From the NCBI GenBank assembly GCA_965204535.1, contig CBDBEV010000001.1:1184001-1248000 (forward strand): a DNA stretch of 64,000 bases, read 5' to 3'. The notes under the pieces were generated by a model. The model made no database searches and had not been told where the DNA came from. It was given only the letters and a program-made list of their open reading frames with translations. This DNA comes from a bacterium. Its GTDB lineage: Bacteria; UBA8248. Numbering within the stretch: position 1 is the first letter of the stretch; each line of letters begins with the position of its first letter. Of the stretch, positions 39,001-47,894 are shown piece after piece. The position numbers were made by a program, and so were the translations under genes.

Positions 39001-39483
39001 ATGAGTGCATACGAAGTCAAACTGCGCGTGAACGGAAATGACGAAACCCTCGCCGTGCGGGGGGAGGAGACGCTCCTGCGCGCGCTGAGACGCATTGGCT
39101 ACGTCGAGGTGAAGCTCAGCTGCGAGGGCGGCGATTGCGGCGCGTGCGCCGTTTTGCTCGACGGCGTGGCGGTGAACGCCTGCCTCGTGTTCGCCGCGCA
39201 GGCGGACGGCGCCGAGATCACCACCGTGCGCGGGGTCGGAACGGAAGGCGACCTCCACCCGGTCCAGGAGCAGCTCATCGAAAAAGGCGGCGTGCAGTGC
39301 GGGTTCTGCACGCCGGGAATCGTCGTATCGGCGAAGGCGCTCCTGGATGAGAACGCTGCGCCCACGCGCGAAGATATACAACGCGGCCTCGCCGGAAATC
39401 TTTGCCGGTGCACGGGCTACAAGAAGATTTTCGAGGCGGTATCGGCCGCCGCCGCTCAGATGAAAGAGGGAGGCGGCTCATGA
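39001..39483 (+). CDS. Xanthine-dehydrogenase-family [2Fe-2S] subunit (CoxS-like)
   Basis: CEGGDCGAC...C, QCGFC, GNLCRCTGY. Confidence 0.95.
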   Translation: MSAYEVKLRVNGNDETLAVRGEETLLRALRRIGYVEVKLSCEGGDCGACAVLLDGVAVNACLVFAAQADGAEITTVRGVGTEGDLHPVQEQLIEKGGVQCGFCTPGIVVSAKALLDENAAPTREDIQRGLAGNLCRCTGYKKIFEAVSAAAAQMKEGGGS

Positions 39484-41750
39484 GCGAGCGCGTCGTCGGC
39501 CAGCCCCATCCCATCATCGACGCGGCCGAGAAAGTCTCGGGCGCCACGATTTTCATCGACGATCTGGCGCTTCCGGGCGCGCTCACGGGGGTGGCGCTGC
39601 GCAGCCCCCATCCCCATGCCAGGATATTGCACGTCGACACGTCGGCCGCGGAGCGCCTGCCGGGCGTCGCTGTCGTCCTGTCCAAAAACAACACGCCGGA
39701 CGCCCCGTTCGGCATCAATCACAAGGATGAAGCCGCGTTTTGCCGCGAGAAGGCGCGCTACGTGGGAGACGAAGTCGCCGCCGTGGCTGCCGTGGACGAG
39801 GAGACCGCCCGCGAGGCGCTCTCGCTCATCCGCGTGGAATACGAGGTATTGCCCACGGTTGGAGACCCTTTCGCGGCGCTGGAACCGGATGCGCCTCTCG
39901 TCCACGATGCCGTCGCCGGCAACATCGCCAACGAGTTTCACATCAGGCGCGGCGCGATAGACGAGGCGTTCGATGAGGCGGATGCGGCGTTCGCGGATGA
40001 ATTTCACACCCATCTCACCCACCAGGCCTATATCGAACCCACCGGTTGCGCGGCGCAGTGGCATCCGGGCGGAAAAATCTCCGTCTGGGGATGCCTGCAG
40101 TCGGTGTTCCTGATCCGCACCTTCATGCTGGCGCCCGTCATGGGCATGTCCGCCGATGATTTCCGCGTGACGCAGACCAAGCCGGGCGGCGCCTTCGGCG
40201 GCAAGCTCGACGTGAAGGCGGCTCTCATGGCGGCGATGCTGAGCCGGGCGGCGGAGAAGCCGGTCAAATTCATGATGAGCCTCGAAGAAGACCTGATCGC
40301 CATGCGCCCGAGGATGCCGGTGCACATCTCGCTCGAATCGGCCTGGAAGAGCGACGGTGCGCTCGCGGGCAAGCGCGTCCGGATCGTGGCGGAAAACGGC
40401 GCCTACAGCTCGCTCTCGCCCGCCATCATGAGTTCCATCGCGCTGCGCACGGACAATCTGTATAAAACGCCCGCCGCCGAGATTCAGGGAAAACTCGTCT
40501 ACACGAACATCATCCCCTCGGGCCAGATGCGCGGGTTCGGCAACGTGCAGGCGACCTACGCCTGGGAGAGCCACCTCGACAACGTGGCAGGCGGCCTGGG
40601 GCTGGACCCGGCCGAACTTCGCCTCAGGAACTACACCGAAAAAGGCGACGTCTCGCTCCACGGCTGGAAGATAGCCAGTTGCGCCGTGGCCGACGCCACC
40701 CGCTACGTGGTGGAGAAGATGGACTGGAAGGCCAAGCGCGCCCGGGGCGGCAAGGGCCGCGGAATAGGTCTTGCGAGCTGCATCCACGTTTCGGGGAATA
40801 AAGGGTTTTCCGTGGAGCTCGGCCCCGACGGCACCGACCCCTCGAGCGGCGTGGTCCGCGTGGATGAGGCGGGCGAGGTCGAGATATGGTCGGGCGAGTC
40901 GGACCTGGGCCAGGGGGCCACGAGCGTCATGGCCTACATCGCCTCTGAAGTCATGGGTATCCCCGTGGAGCAATTCAAGGTCCCGCCCACCGATACGGGC
41001 TACATGCCCTTCGGCATGGGGGCGTTCGCGAGCCGCATCACCCTGATCGGCGGAAACGCCGTCAAGCTCGCCGCCGAGGACGCCCGCAGGAACCTCCTGG
41101 ATGCCGCGGCGGAGGCCATGGAAATCCCGGCGGATGAGCTCGAAATTGTCGAGGGCGAAGTCCGCGCGAAGGCCCTGCCGGAGCGGAAGATGGCGGTGGG
41201 CGAGGTCGTGGGGCGCGCCGGCGGCGTGGTCGAGGGCGCGGGCAAGTGGCTGGCCGGGGGCGACGTGCTCGATAAAGAAAAATACGGGAATCCCTCGACC
41301 ACGTATTCCTTCAGCACGCACGGCGCAGAAGTTGAGGTGGACATGGAGATGGGCGTCGTCACCGTCTTGCAAGTCTGCTGTGGCCACGACCCGGGCCGGG
41401 TCATCAACAGGCTGGGCGCCGAGGGCCAGGTCGAGGGCGGCGTCGTCCAGGGCATGAGCTACGCGATGATGGAAGGGCTCGCGCCGCTGGAGGGCCACCT
41501 GCGCGGAAAAAATTTCCACGACTACCTCATCGCCACCTCGATGGACGCCCCGCCGATTGAGCACGATTTCTTCGAGTCCATGGACCCCTACGGCCCCTAC
41601 GGCGCGAAGGGGCTGGCCGAGGTGGCGATCAACCCGATCACGGCGGCGATCTGCAACGCCGTCTACCACGCGACGGGCGGCGCGCGGATACGCACCCTGC
41701 CCGTCACCCCCGAGCGCGTGCTCGAGGCGATCGAGGAAGCAAGGATTTGA
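39480..41750 (+). CDS. Xanthine-dehydrogenase-family molybdopterin-binding subunit
   Basis: RSPHPHARI, QAYIEP, GGAFGGK, MRGFG, DLGQG, GQVEGG, YGAKGLAE; ATG overlaps the upstream stop. Confidence 0.93.
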   Translation: MSERVVGQPHPIIDAAEKVSGATIFIDDLALPGALTGVALRSPHPHARILHVDTSAAERLPGVAVVLSKNNTPDAPFGINHKDEAAFCREKARYVGDEVAAVAAVDEETAREALSLIRVEYEVLPTVGDPFAALEPDAPLVHDAVAGNIANEFHIRRGAIDEAFDEADAAFADEFHTHLTHQAYIEPTGCAAQWHPGGKISVWGCLQSVFLIRTFMLAPVMGMSADDFRVTQTKPGGAFGGKLDVKAALMAAMLSRAAEKPVKFMMSLEEDLIAMRPRMPVHISLESAWKSDGALAGKRVRIVAENGAYSSLSPAIMSSIALRTDNLYKTPAAEIQGKLVYTNIIPSGQMRGFGNVQATYAWESHLDNVAGGLGLDPAELRLRNYTEKGDVSLHGWKIASCAVADATRYVVEKMDWKAKRARGGKGRGIGLASCIHVSGNKGFSVELGPDGTDPSSGVVRVDEAGEVEIWSGESDLGQGATSVMAYIASEVMGIPVEQFKVPPTDTGYMPFGMGAFASRITLIGGNAVKLAAEDARRNLLDAAAEAMEIPADELEIVEGEVRAKALPERKMAVGEVVGRAGGVVEGAGKWLAGGDVLDKEKYGNPSTTYSFSTHGAEVEVDMEMGVVTVLQVCCGHDPGRVINRLGAEGQVEGGVVQGMSYAMMEGLAPLEGHLRGKNFHDYLIATSMDAPPIEHDFFESMDPYGPYGAKGLAEVAINPITAAICNAVYHATGGARIRTLPVTPERVLEAIEEARI

Positions 41751-41799
41751 ATGGCCGCGGGAATAATCGGTAATTCCCCCTGAAACCCCGGACGGACTC

Positions 41800-43428
41800 A
41801 TGGAAAACCTCTCCTGCGACGTTTTGATTCTCGGCGGCGGACCCGCCGCCATGACGGCCACCATCGCCGCGATGGAGAGCGGCGCGGACGCGCTCCTGGT
41901 CTGCAAGCAGTCCCCCGGCAGTTCGGGCAACATCGTCATGGCGCGGGCGGGGCATTCGGCCAATTTCGCGCCCGATGACAGCGCGGCCCTGTTCCTCGCG
42001 GACACCCTCGAAGGCGGCGATTATCTCAACCACCCCGATGTCGCAGACGCCATGTGTGCGGATTCCGCCGCGCGGATTCGCGACCTGTATGAGTGGGGCA
42101 TCCCCTTCATCACGCGCGGGGACGGCGCTTTCGACTTGCACCCCCAGGGTGGCCACAGGCGCGACCGCGGCCTTTACCCGGTCAGGAACTGGGGCGTGGA
42201 GGTGGCGCGGCCGCTGCGCAAAAAGCTCGACGCCGACGGCGCGCGCATTCTCGAACACGTCATGGCGGTCGATCTGCTCGTGGCGGACGGCGTCTGCCGG
42301 GGCGTTGTCGGCTTCCACACCAGAAGCGGCCGGATTTACGCGGTACACGCCGCAGCCACCATACTGGCCACCGGCGGGGCGGGCCAGATTTTTTCGGAGA
42401 ACACGAACGCGGGCGGCATCACGGGCGACGCCTTCGGCATGGCGCTGAGAGCCGGCCTCGCCCTCTCGGACATGGAGTTCGTCCAGTTCTACCCGGCCGT
42501 CATCAAGCGGCCCGAGAGCAACATGGTCGTGGCGCCCACGCTGTTCCCCTTAGGCGCGCGCTTTTTGAACCGCGACGGCGCCGACATCATGCGCGACGTG
42601 CCCGGCGGCGGCGGCGCCACGCGCGACTTGATGGCGCGGGCGGTCTATCTCGAACTCATGGGGGGCGGCGGGGTGGACGGCGCCGTGCAGATGGATTTAT
42701 CCGGCATCCCGATGGCCGATCTGGAGCACTTCGCCCCCGATAATCTCAAGCTCTTCGCGAGGCGGGGCGTCTCGCCCCACGGGGGCGACATCTACGTCAC
42801 GCCCAAGGCCCACTTCTTCATGGGCGGCGTGCCGATAGACGGGCAGGGCGCGACGGCGATGGCCGGCCTCTACGCGGCGGGGGAGGCGAGTGCCGGCGCG
42901 CACGGGGCGAACCGCCTCTCGAACAACGCCTTCACCGAAGCCCACACGCTGGGCTGGCGCGCGGCGAAGGCGGCCGCCGATTATGCGCGCGGCGCGGCGG
43001 GGGCGGCGGATACTGCGCTCGCGCGGCGTCATGCGGATGCCCTGGCGGCGCGGGCGGGAAGGCCGGGCCGCGCGGTGGAGCTCGTCCGCGAGATCAAGCG
43101 CGTCTGCTGGGAGAACGCCGGCATCGTGCGCGAGGGCGGCCTGCTCGAAGAGGCGAGGACCGAACTCGCCGGCGTCGGGCGCGGCCTGGCCGACTGCGGG
43201 GGGAGCGAGCCCGCCCGGCTCGTGGAGGCGGTGGAAGCCGAGAACATGTGCCTGAGCGCACAGGCGGTGGTGGAGGCCGCCCTCATGCGGACGGAGAGCC
43301 GGGGCGCGCACTACCGGACGGATTATCCCGAAGCGGACGATGCGCGCTGGCGGGTGAACGTTTTCGTGAAAAAAGAGGATGACGGCTTTTTCGTTTTTTC
43401 CCGTCCCGCAGGCGCTATTTCGGCATAA
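41800..43428 (+). CDS. FAD_binding_2 flavoprotein (SdhA/FrdA/NadB superfamily)
   Basis: LGGGPAA, GGH, LATGG, DMEFVQFYP, HFFMGG, YAAGE, HGANRL, RTESRGAHYRTDYP. Confidence 0.88.
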   Translation: MENLSCDVLILGGGPAAMTATIAAMESGADALLVCKQSPGSSGNIVMARAGHSANFAPDDSAALFLADTLEGGDYLNHPDVADAMCADSAARIRDLYEWGIPFITRGDGAFDLHPQGGHRRDRGLYPVRNWGVEVARPLRKKLDADGARILEHVMAVDLLVADGVCRGVVGFHTRSGRIYAVHAAATILATGGAGQIFSENTNAGGITGDAFGMALRAGLALSDMEFVQFYPAVIKRPESNMVVAPTLFPLGARFLNRDGADIMRDVPGGGGATRDLMARAVYLELMGGGGVDGAVQMDLSGIPMADLEHFAPDNLKLFARRGVSPHGGDIYVTPKAHFFMGGVPIDGQGATAMAGLYAAGEASAGAHGANRLSNNAFTEAHTLGWRAAKAAADYARGAAGAADTALARRHADALAARAGRPGRAVELVREIKRVCWENAGIVREGGLLEEARTELAGVGRGLADCGGSEPARLVEAVEAENMCLSAQAVVEAALMRTESRGAHYRTDYPEADDARWRVNVFVKKEDDGFFVFSRPAGAISA

Positions 43429-43734
43429 CCCGTTATATATCAATCGTATCAGCTTTCAGTTTTTTACCGGAATTTACCGGATTTTTCAGGAATTTTCATC
43501 TATTCGCGCGGTTTTCGGAAAAAAGCGGTCCATGGTATCGCACGAACATCCTGCCACGCGCCCGCGCGCTCCCCATGACGCCAACTGCGGGCAAATGCGG
43601 GGGTGGTTTTGGCCCGGATCCGGACGGTGCGGCGAGGGGCGGGCGCGGCGGGTGGGGGAGATCGAACGCGATTGGGGAACGCGCGTTTGACGCGGTTGAT
43701 GAGGAGGATTCAGCGCGAGCAGGGAGAAGGAGCA

Positions 43735-44095
43735 ACCCCCCCTACCCCCCCTTGACAGGGGGGTATGAAAAGGCAACACCCGCCACCGATAGAGGAGCTT
43801 TTGTTCTTTCTTACCCCCCTGACAAGGGGGGGTAGGGGGGGTTGGTTTTCGGGGCGAGCGGGGAGAAGGGTTCGACGACCGAGCAGATATGGTTCACTCC
43901 CCCCTTGAGAACCAAGCCCGACCAAGCAGAGAAAGGATTCACTCCCCCCTTGAGGGGGAGTCGATGAAGCCGAGCGGTTTGTGCGAAGGCTGAATCGGTG
44001 GGGGGACGATTCTAAATTAAAAACTCCCCCCACCGAATCGCTTGCGGGCTTACGCCCTTAGCTCTTCGACTCCCCCTCAAGGGGGGAGTTGATCC
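43735..44095. repeat. REP-like doublet cluster (both poly-C/G families)
   Basis: Inverted CCCCCCTACCCCCCTTGACAGGGGGG doublet at 43735-43850; ACTCCCCCCTTGAGGGGGAGT doublet at about 43940-44090. Confidence 0.88.
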
Positions 44096-44180
44096 GTTTT
44101 GCGGGGGGGTTGCGGTTTCCGTAGCGGACAGGCCCTTCGATACAAACACTCCTTTCTCAGTCGCGTTTGACCTCCGGCGG

Positions 44181-44669
44181 CTACTCGGGGTGAGAGGTAT
44201 CGGGCGGCGCGGCGGTGCGGCGGATGAGTTCCTTGAGCGCCTCCATGTTCTCGCGGTGCTGATCTTTGTGCTCCTCACGCTGGGTGGCGAGCGCGTTCAT
44301 GGTTTCGCGGTGGGTGCGCTCCATCGCTTCCATGGTTGCGCGGTGCTGATCTTTTTGATCCTCGCGCTGTGCGGCGAGGGCTTCCATGGTTGCGATGTGC
44401 TGCTCTTTTTGCGCCTCGCGCTCGGCGGCGAGCGCCTCCATGTGTTCGAGGTGGCGGGTGTCGAGCGCCTTCATGGTCTCGCGGTGCTGGGCGTCGCGGT
44501 GGCGCGCGGCCTGGCGCATGAAGTAGAGGCCGTAGGCGATGAGCGAACACTGCGCGGCCCCCACGAGCGCGGCGACCCACACCGAGGCCTGCTGCGCTAC
44601 GAGGGACGCCCTCTGGATGGCCAGGGATGCTTCCTGGATGGAGAGACTTGCGGCTTCGTATTCCGTCAT
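44181..44669 (-). CDS. Membrane-anchored coiled-coil protein with six HxxxMxAL repeats
   Basis: One TM segment followed by HRETMKAL, HLEHMEAL, HIATMEAL, HRATMEAM, HRETMNAL, HRENMEAL. Confidence 0.75.
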   Translation of the reverse strand: MTEYEAASLSIQEASLAIQRASLVAQQASVWVAALVGAAQCSLIAYGLYFMRQAARHRDAQHRETMKALDTRHLEHMEALAAEREAQKEQHIATMEALAAQREDQKDQHRATMEAMERTHRETMNALATQREEHKDQHRENMEALKELIRRTAAPPDTSHPE

Positions 44670-44764
44670 CTGGTTTTCCCCCACGTTAGTGGGTCCTCAT
44701 AGGCGTAACTCTAATGCGGCGGCGCGCGTTTCGTCAAGACGGATCCCGGCGGCGGGAACGAGGC

Positions 44765-45350
44765 GGAACCCCCCCTTGACAGGGGGGTAAAAAAAGGCGA
44801 CGCCCGCCAACGAGGGGGTGGAAGAAAAGCCCCCCTGCGTTGGTTCTTTCTTCATCAGTCAGCAATGACCCTCAAGGGGGGAGTTGATTGTTGGGCGCTC
44901 TGCAAGGGGAGAGTTGATCCTTTTTGGGGGTGTTTTTTCTTACCCCCCTGTCAAGGGGGGGTAGGGGGGGTTGGTTTTCGGGGCGAGCGGGGAGAAGGGT
45001 TCGGATGGAATCCCGATCATCGAATTGTTCACCGTAGCAGGGACAGGCCTCTGCGCCTGTCCGAGCCCCCTGTGGTTGTCCCTTGCAGGACAGGCACGGG
45101 GGCCTGTCCCTACGGTACGGAACCCTCGCCCGGACGCGAAAAAAGGGACCGCCCGCCCTCTCGATTCGTCCGGCCCTGAGAGAGGGGGCAGTCCCTTTTT
45201 CCGCCTTGCGATGCGCGCCCGGGTGGCGTATAAGGAGAGTAGGGGTTGCCCGTTGCTCCCGTTCCCGGCTCGAGGACTCAAACTCATAACCAGGAGCGGT
45301 ACAGTTTGCTCCATCACGAGGGAAGCAACCAACGGGCAACCCCCTTTTTC
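44765..45350. repeat. REP-like cluster plus two further inverted-repeat units
   Basis: Poly-C/G and GTAG units at 44765-45115; AAAAAGGGAC...GTCCCTTTTT at about 45140-45200; GGGGTTGCCCGTTG (45242) inverted with CAACGGGCAACCCC (45330). Confidence 0.75.
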
Positions 45351-45422
45351 GCTCTCCTTCATTTCGCCACCGGCCCCGGGGCCGTGAAGCCCCGGAAGCC
45401 ATAGGCGTCCTGCTCTTCGCTG

Positions 45423-47087
45423 CTACTGCTTGTTCACGCCGAAGGCGCCGACCATTCGGCCGCTCGTGCTGTACGTCGAGTGGAAAGTCCCGGTCCCGAC
45501 CTTCGGAACGCCACTAGTGCTGTCGTTGTCATAGAGAGCTCCGGACCACTGGCCGGCGGCGGCCGCGGCCGTCCCGTCGATGGTCCACTTCGTCATCTTT
45601 TCGTCAGTACCCGCGGTACCGGCACCATCGTCACCAAGAATTATCCCGGTATCACCAATGCCCTGCTTCATCAACTCGACGGACCAGTTCCGCGCCTCAC
45701 CGTCCGCCCCCATGAAGTTGTCGATGGTGCCCGTGATCATGTTGGCGTTGAAATCGGCTTCGAGCGTCGCCCGCGCGGTGAAGTGGCCGGCGTCGTTCGT
45801 TCCCCCGGTGGAGCTGTAAAGCGCGTACTTGCCCGCGGCGCCGCCCATGTAGGTCGCCGTCCCCCGCAGGTTCGTGATGCCGCTGGCGGCCGGGACGGTG
45901 CCCCTGGCCGTCGCGAAAGCGCTCGCGGTGAAGGTGTTGCCGTCCTCGGACTTGTGGATCCACCAGCCGTAGGAGGCATACACCGTGTCCGACGTGCTCA
46001 TGACCTTGGCGTTCGGGTCGGCGGGCTTGAAGGTCCAGGTGCCGCCGCCAAGCGTGAAGCCGTCTGCGGCCACCGTAGCCGAGCAAGCGTTGGTGTCGGT
46101 GGTGGGCGTACAACTGTAGGTGCCGGACACCCCGTGGTAGCTGCCGGAGATCATCTTGGCGACTTCGTTCGCGCCCTTCTTGAACACCTTCGTCCCGGCG
46201 GGCTGGTCGAAGCTCGGACTGTCGACTCTCCCCGCGACCGCTGCGTCTGACGTGTCGATGGCTAACGCCCCGTCCGTCAACTGATACTCGAAATCGCCGT
46301 CGGTTGTAACCGCTGCGGCGCTGCCGAACTTCTTCCCCTCCGTCGGGGCGCCGACGTTCGAGTAGACCATCGCCTCGTACATGCCGTCGTCGTCGGGCTC
46401 GGCCGTGTGCCTCTTGCCCGCCCAGCCGTGGTTGGCGGCGACCGGCGTCTTCTTGTCTTCCGCCAGTGCGACGGCGGTGGCCGTGCCGATCGTCACGCTG
46501 ATGACGCCGTCGGCGTCACTTGCGCCGGTTCGGATGTTGTCGGTATTGCCAAGGCCGTGCTCGAGGCCCTTGTACAGTTTACTGGCCGTCGCCATCATGG
46601 CCTTGTCGTCGGCCGTCTGCTTGGCGGCGATCGCCGCCATGCGGCTGGTCTTGGCGGAAGCAAGCTGACCCTCGAGCGTGGCGAGCGTTCCCTCGGCGGA
46701 GGCAACGTCGGTATCGCCTTCGGGAAGGTTTACCGCACCGTCGATCGCCGCCTTCAGATCGGCAACCGCGTCGTCGGCCGCCTTCACCTCAGCGTCGGTG
46801 GCGTCGTCGTCCACCATGCCCACCGCAGTCCGGGCCGCCGTCACGGCTTCCATGATCGCCGTGCGCTGCGCCGCTTGCAGTTCTGCAGCCGTGGTGCATG
46901 AGTTGTTGTCCGCATTCCACTGGCCGCCATCCGCCACGCACATCTCCTGCGGGGTCGGCATCGGCGTGTCATCCGGCGGCGTCGTCGCAGTGCCGCCACC
47001 GCCGCCGCAACCGGCCAGCGCAATGGCGAAGACCGCCGCCAGCGCGAAAGCGTAAAGCTTGTTTATCGGTTTCTCTCTGAACATCAT
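45423..47087 (-). CDS. Surface lipoprotein with a C-terminal TbpB-like (Slam-substrate-type) beta-barrel domain
   Basis: Lipobox LAGC-GGGGG, Ala-rich helical stalk, GTATYMGGAAGKY, LEADF..ITGTIDNF, GQWSG, final MVGAFGV; AGGAGG SD. Confidence 0.8.
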   Translation of the reverse strand: MMFREKPINKLYAFALAAVFAIALAGCGGGGGTATTPPDDTPMPTPQEMCVADGGQWNADNNSCTTAAELQAAQRTAIMEAVTAARTAVGMVDDDATDAEVKAADDAVADLKAAIDGAVNLPEGDTDVASAEGTLATLEGQLASAKTSRMAAIAAKQTADDKAMMATASKLYKGLEHGLGNTDNIRTGASDADGVISVTIGTATAVALAEDKKTPVAANHGWAGKRHTAEPDDDGMYEAMVYSNVGAPTEGKKFGSAAAVTTDGDFEYQLTDGALAIDTSDAAVAGRVDSPSFDQPAGTKVFKKGANEVAKMISGSYHGVSGTYSCTPTTDTNACSATVAADGFTLGGGTWTFKPADPNAKVMSTSDTVYASYGWWIHKSEDGNTFTASAFATARGTVPAASGITNLRGTATYMGGAAGKYALYSSTGGTNDAGHFTARATLEADFNANMITGTIDNFMGADGEARNWSVELMKQGIGDTGIILGDDGAGTAGTDEKMTKWTIDGTAAAAAGQWSGALYDNDSTSGVPKVGTGTFHSTYSTSGRMVGAFGVNKQ

Positions 47088-47804
47088 TTAGCGAGTCCTC
47101 CTGAATCAATAGAAAAAGGGATTTTCAGTGAATTTCCGGCTTTCTCCGATTTACCTCCTTTCGTCAGCTTTCATTTCGGGCCTTAAAATTCGGGTTTCTC
47201 TTCGTCTTTGGCGGACCGGAGAGCGGCGGCATCGGTGCCCCGCCGTCCGGTGCGTTTCAAAAACGATTCAGGAGGACTGGTCTTCCGGTGGGTTCCCCGC
47301 CTTCGGGTCAGGGGGGAGGGTCTTTTTTTTCGACGTCACCCGGTGGATGACTTCGCCTCGTGAATCGTGTCGCAAACTCGTCTGTCGCGCCGCAAACTTC
47401 GTGGTTCAAAAAGGTCTGTCAGCGCATCTGCGCTTCGTCCGGTGAGTCTCCTCTCTTTCGCCTGTATATACGGGCGGCCGTTACGCCGCTTGTGATCTTT
47501 CGCGCAGCGCCGGAGGCCGCAACCGGCCGACTTGCAGTCCGGGCTGGTTGCGACACAATCCACGAGGTATAGGTACTTGAGGTGGGTTCCCGCTTATTCC
47601 GGCTCTCCCGGCAGGAGGCCGTCTTGTATTCAGCGGGCAGCCCGAAGTCGACTGCGCCTCATGGACCGTGTCGCAACCATGATATTGCTACAGCCTTTTG
47701 CGGTTTGTCAAGGTGAATTTCCCGCCTGTTTCGACCTTCCGTGGGAAGGCCGCCTCGTGTAAGGCGTCAGCCGAGGCCTCTTCACCCCGCGGATTGTGTC
47801 GCAC
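47088..47804 (-). ncRNA. Putative long structured 5' leader / cis-regulatory RNA of the lipoprotein gene
   Basis: 14-nt perfect anti-SD (47265-47278) against the RBS (47094-47107); three 20-nt repeats (47785, 47657, 47356) and one anti-repeat (47548-47567) with G:U-only internal differences. Confidence 0.6.
47682..47711 (-). promoter_or_regulatory. Sigma70-like promoter TTGACA-N18-CAATAT (proximal)
   Basis: -35 at 47711-47706, -10 at 47687-47682; the predicted +1 coincides with the repeat starting at 47676. Confidence 0.6.
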
Positions 47805-47810
47805 GGGTTC

Positions 47811-47840
47811 ATATTGCGGGAATTGCAAAGTTTTTGTCAA
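47811..47840 (-). promoter_or_regulatory. Sigma70-like promoter TTGACA-N18-CAATAT (distal)
   Basis: -35 at 47840-47835, -10 at 47816-47811; the predicted +1 coincides with the repeat starting at 47804. Confidence 0.6.
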
Positions 47841-47894
47841 GACGCGTTTTTTTCGGGATGCAGAAGTTTCGAGGGGGGGTCTTTGTCAAAAGAG

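Noticed and set aside
38114-41750. Specific assignment as aerobic CO dehydrogenase or 4-hydroxybenzoyl-CoA reductase
   Set aside because: The large subunit has QMRGFG rather than the AYxCSFR of form I CoxL, and the 284-aa FAD subunit lacks the Cys-rich [4Fe-4S] insert of HcrB.
39456-42005. Long antisense or alternative-frame ORFs (849 aa here; also 29005..30750, 35876..37198, 20619..21920, 51153..52646)
   Set aside because: Shadow ORFs opposite well-supported genes, expected from high-GC codon bias.
41800-43428. sdhA or nadB gene symbol
   Set aside because: No sdhBCD or nadAC neighbours, and the covalent-FAD His segment (SHT..AQGG) reads SGNIVMARAG; only the superfamily is supported.
47356-47804. 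CRISPR mini-array with a tracrRNA-like anti-repeat
   Set aside because: Repeats are only 20 nt and degenerate, spaced irregularly (about 110-190 bp), and no cas gene is in the window. Kept as a putative cis-regulatory RNA instead.
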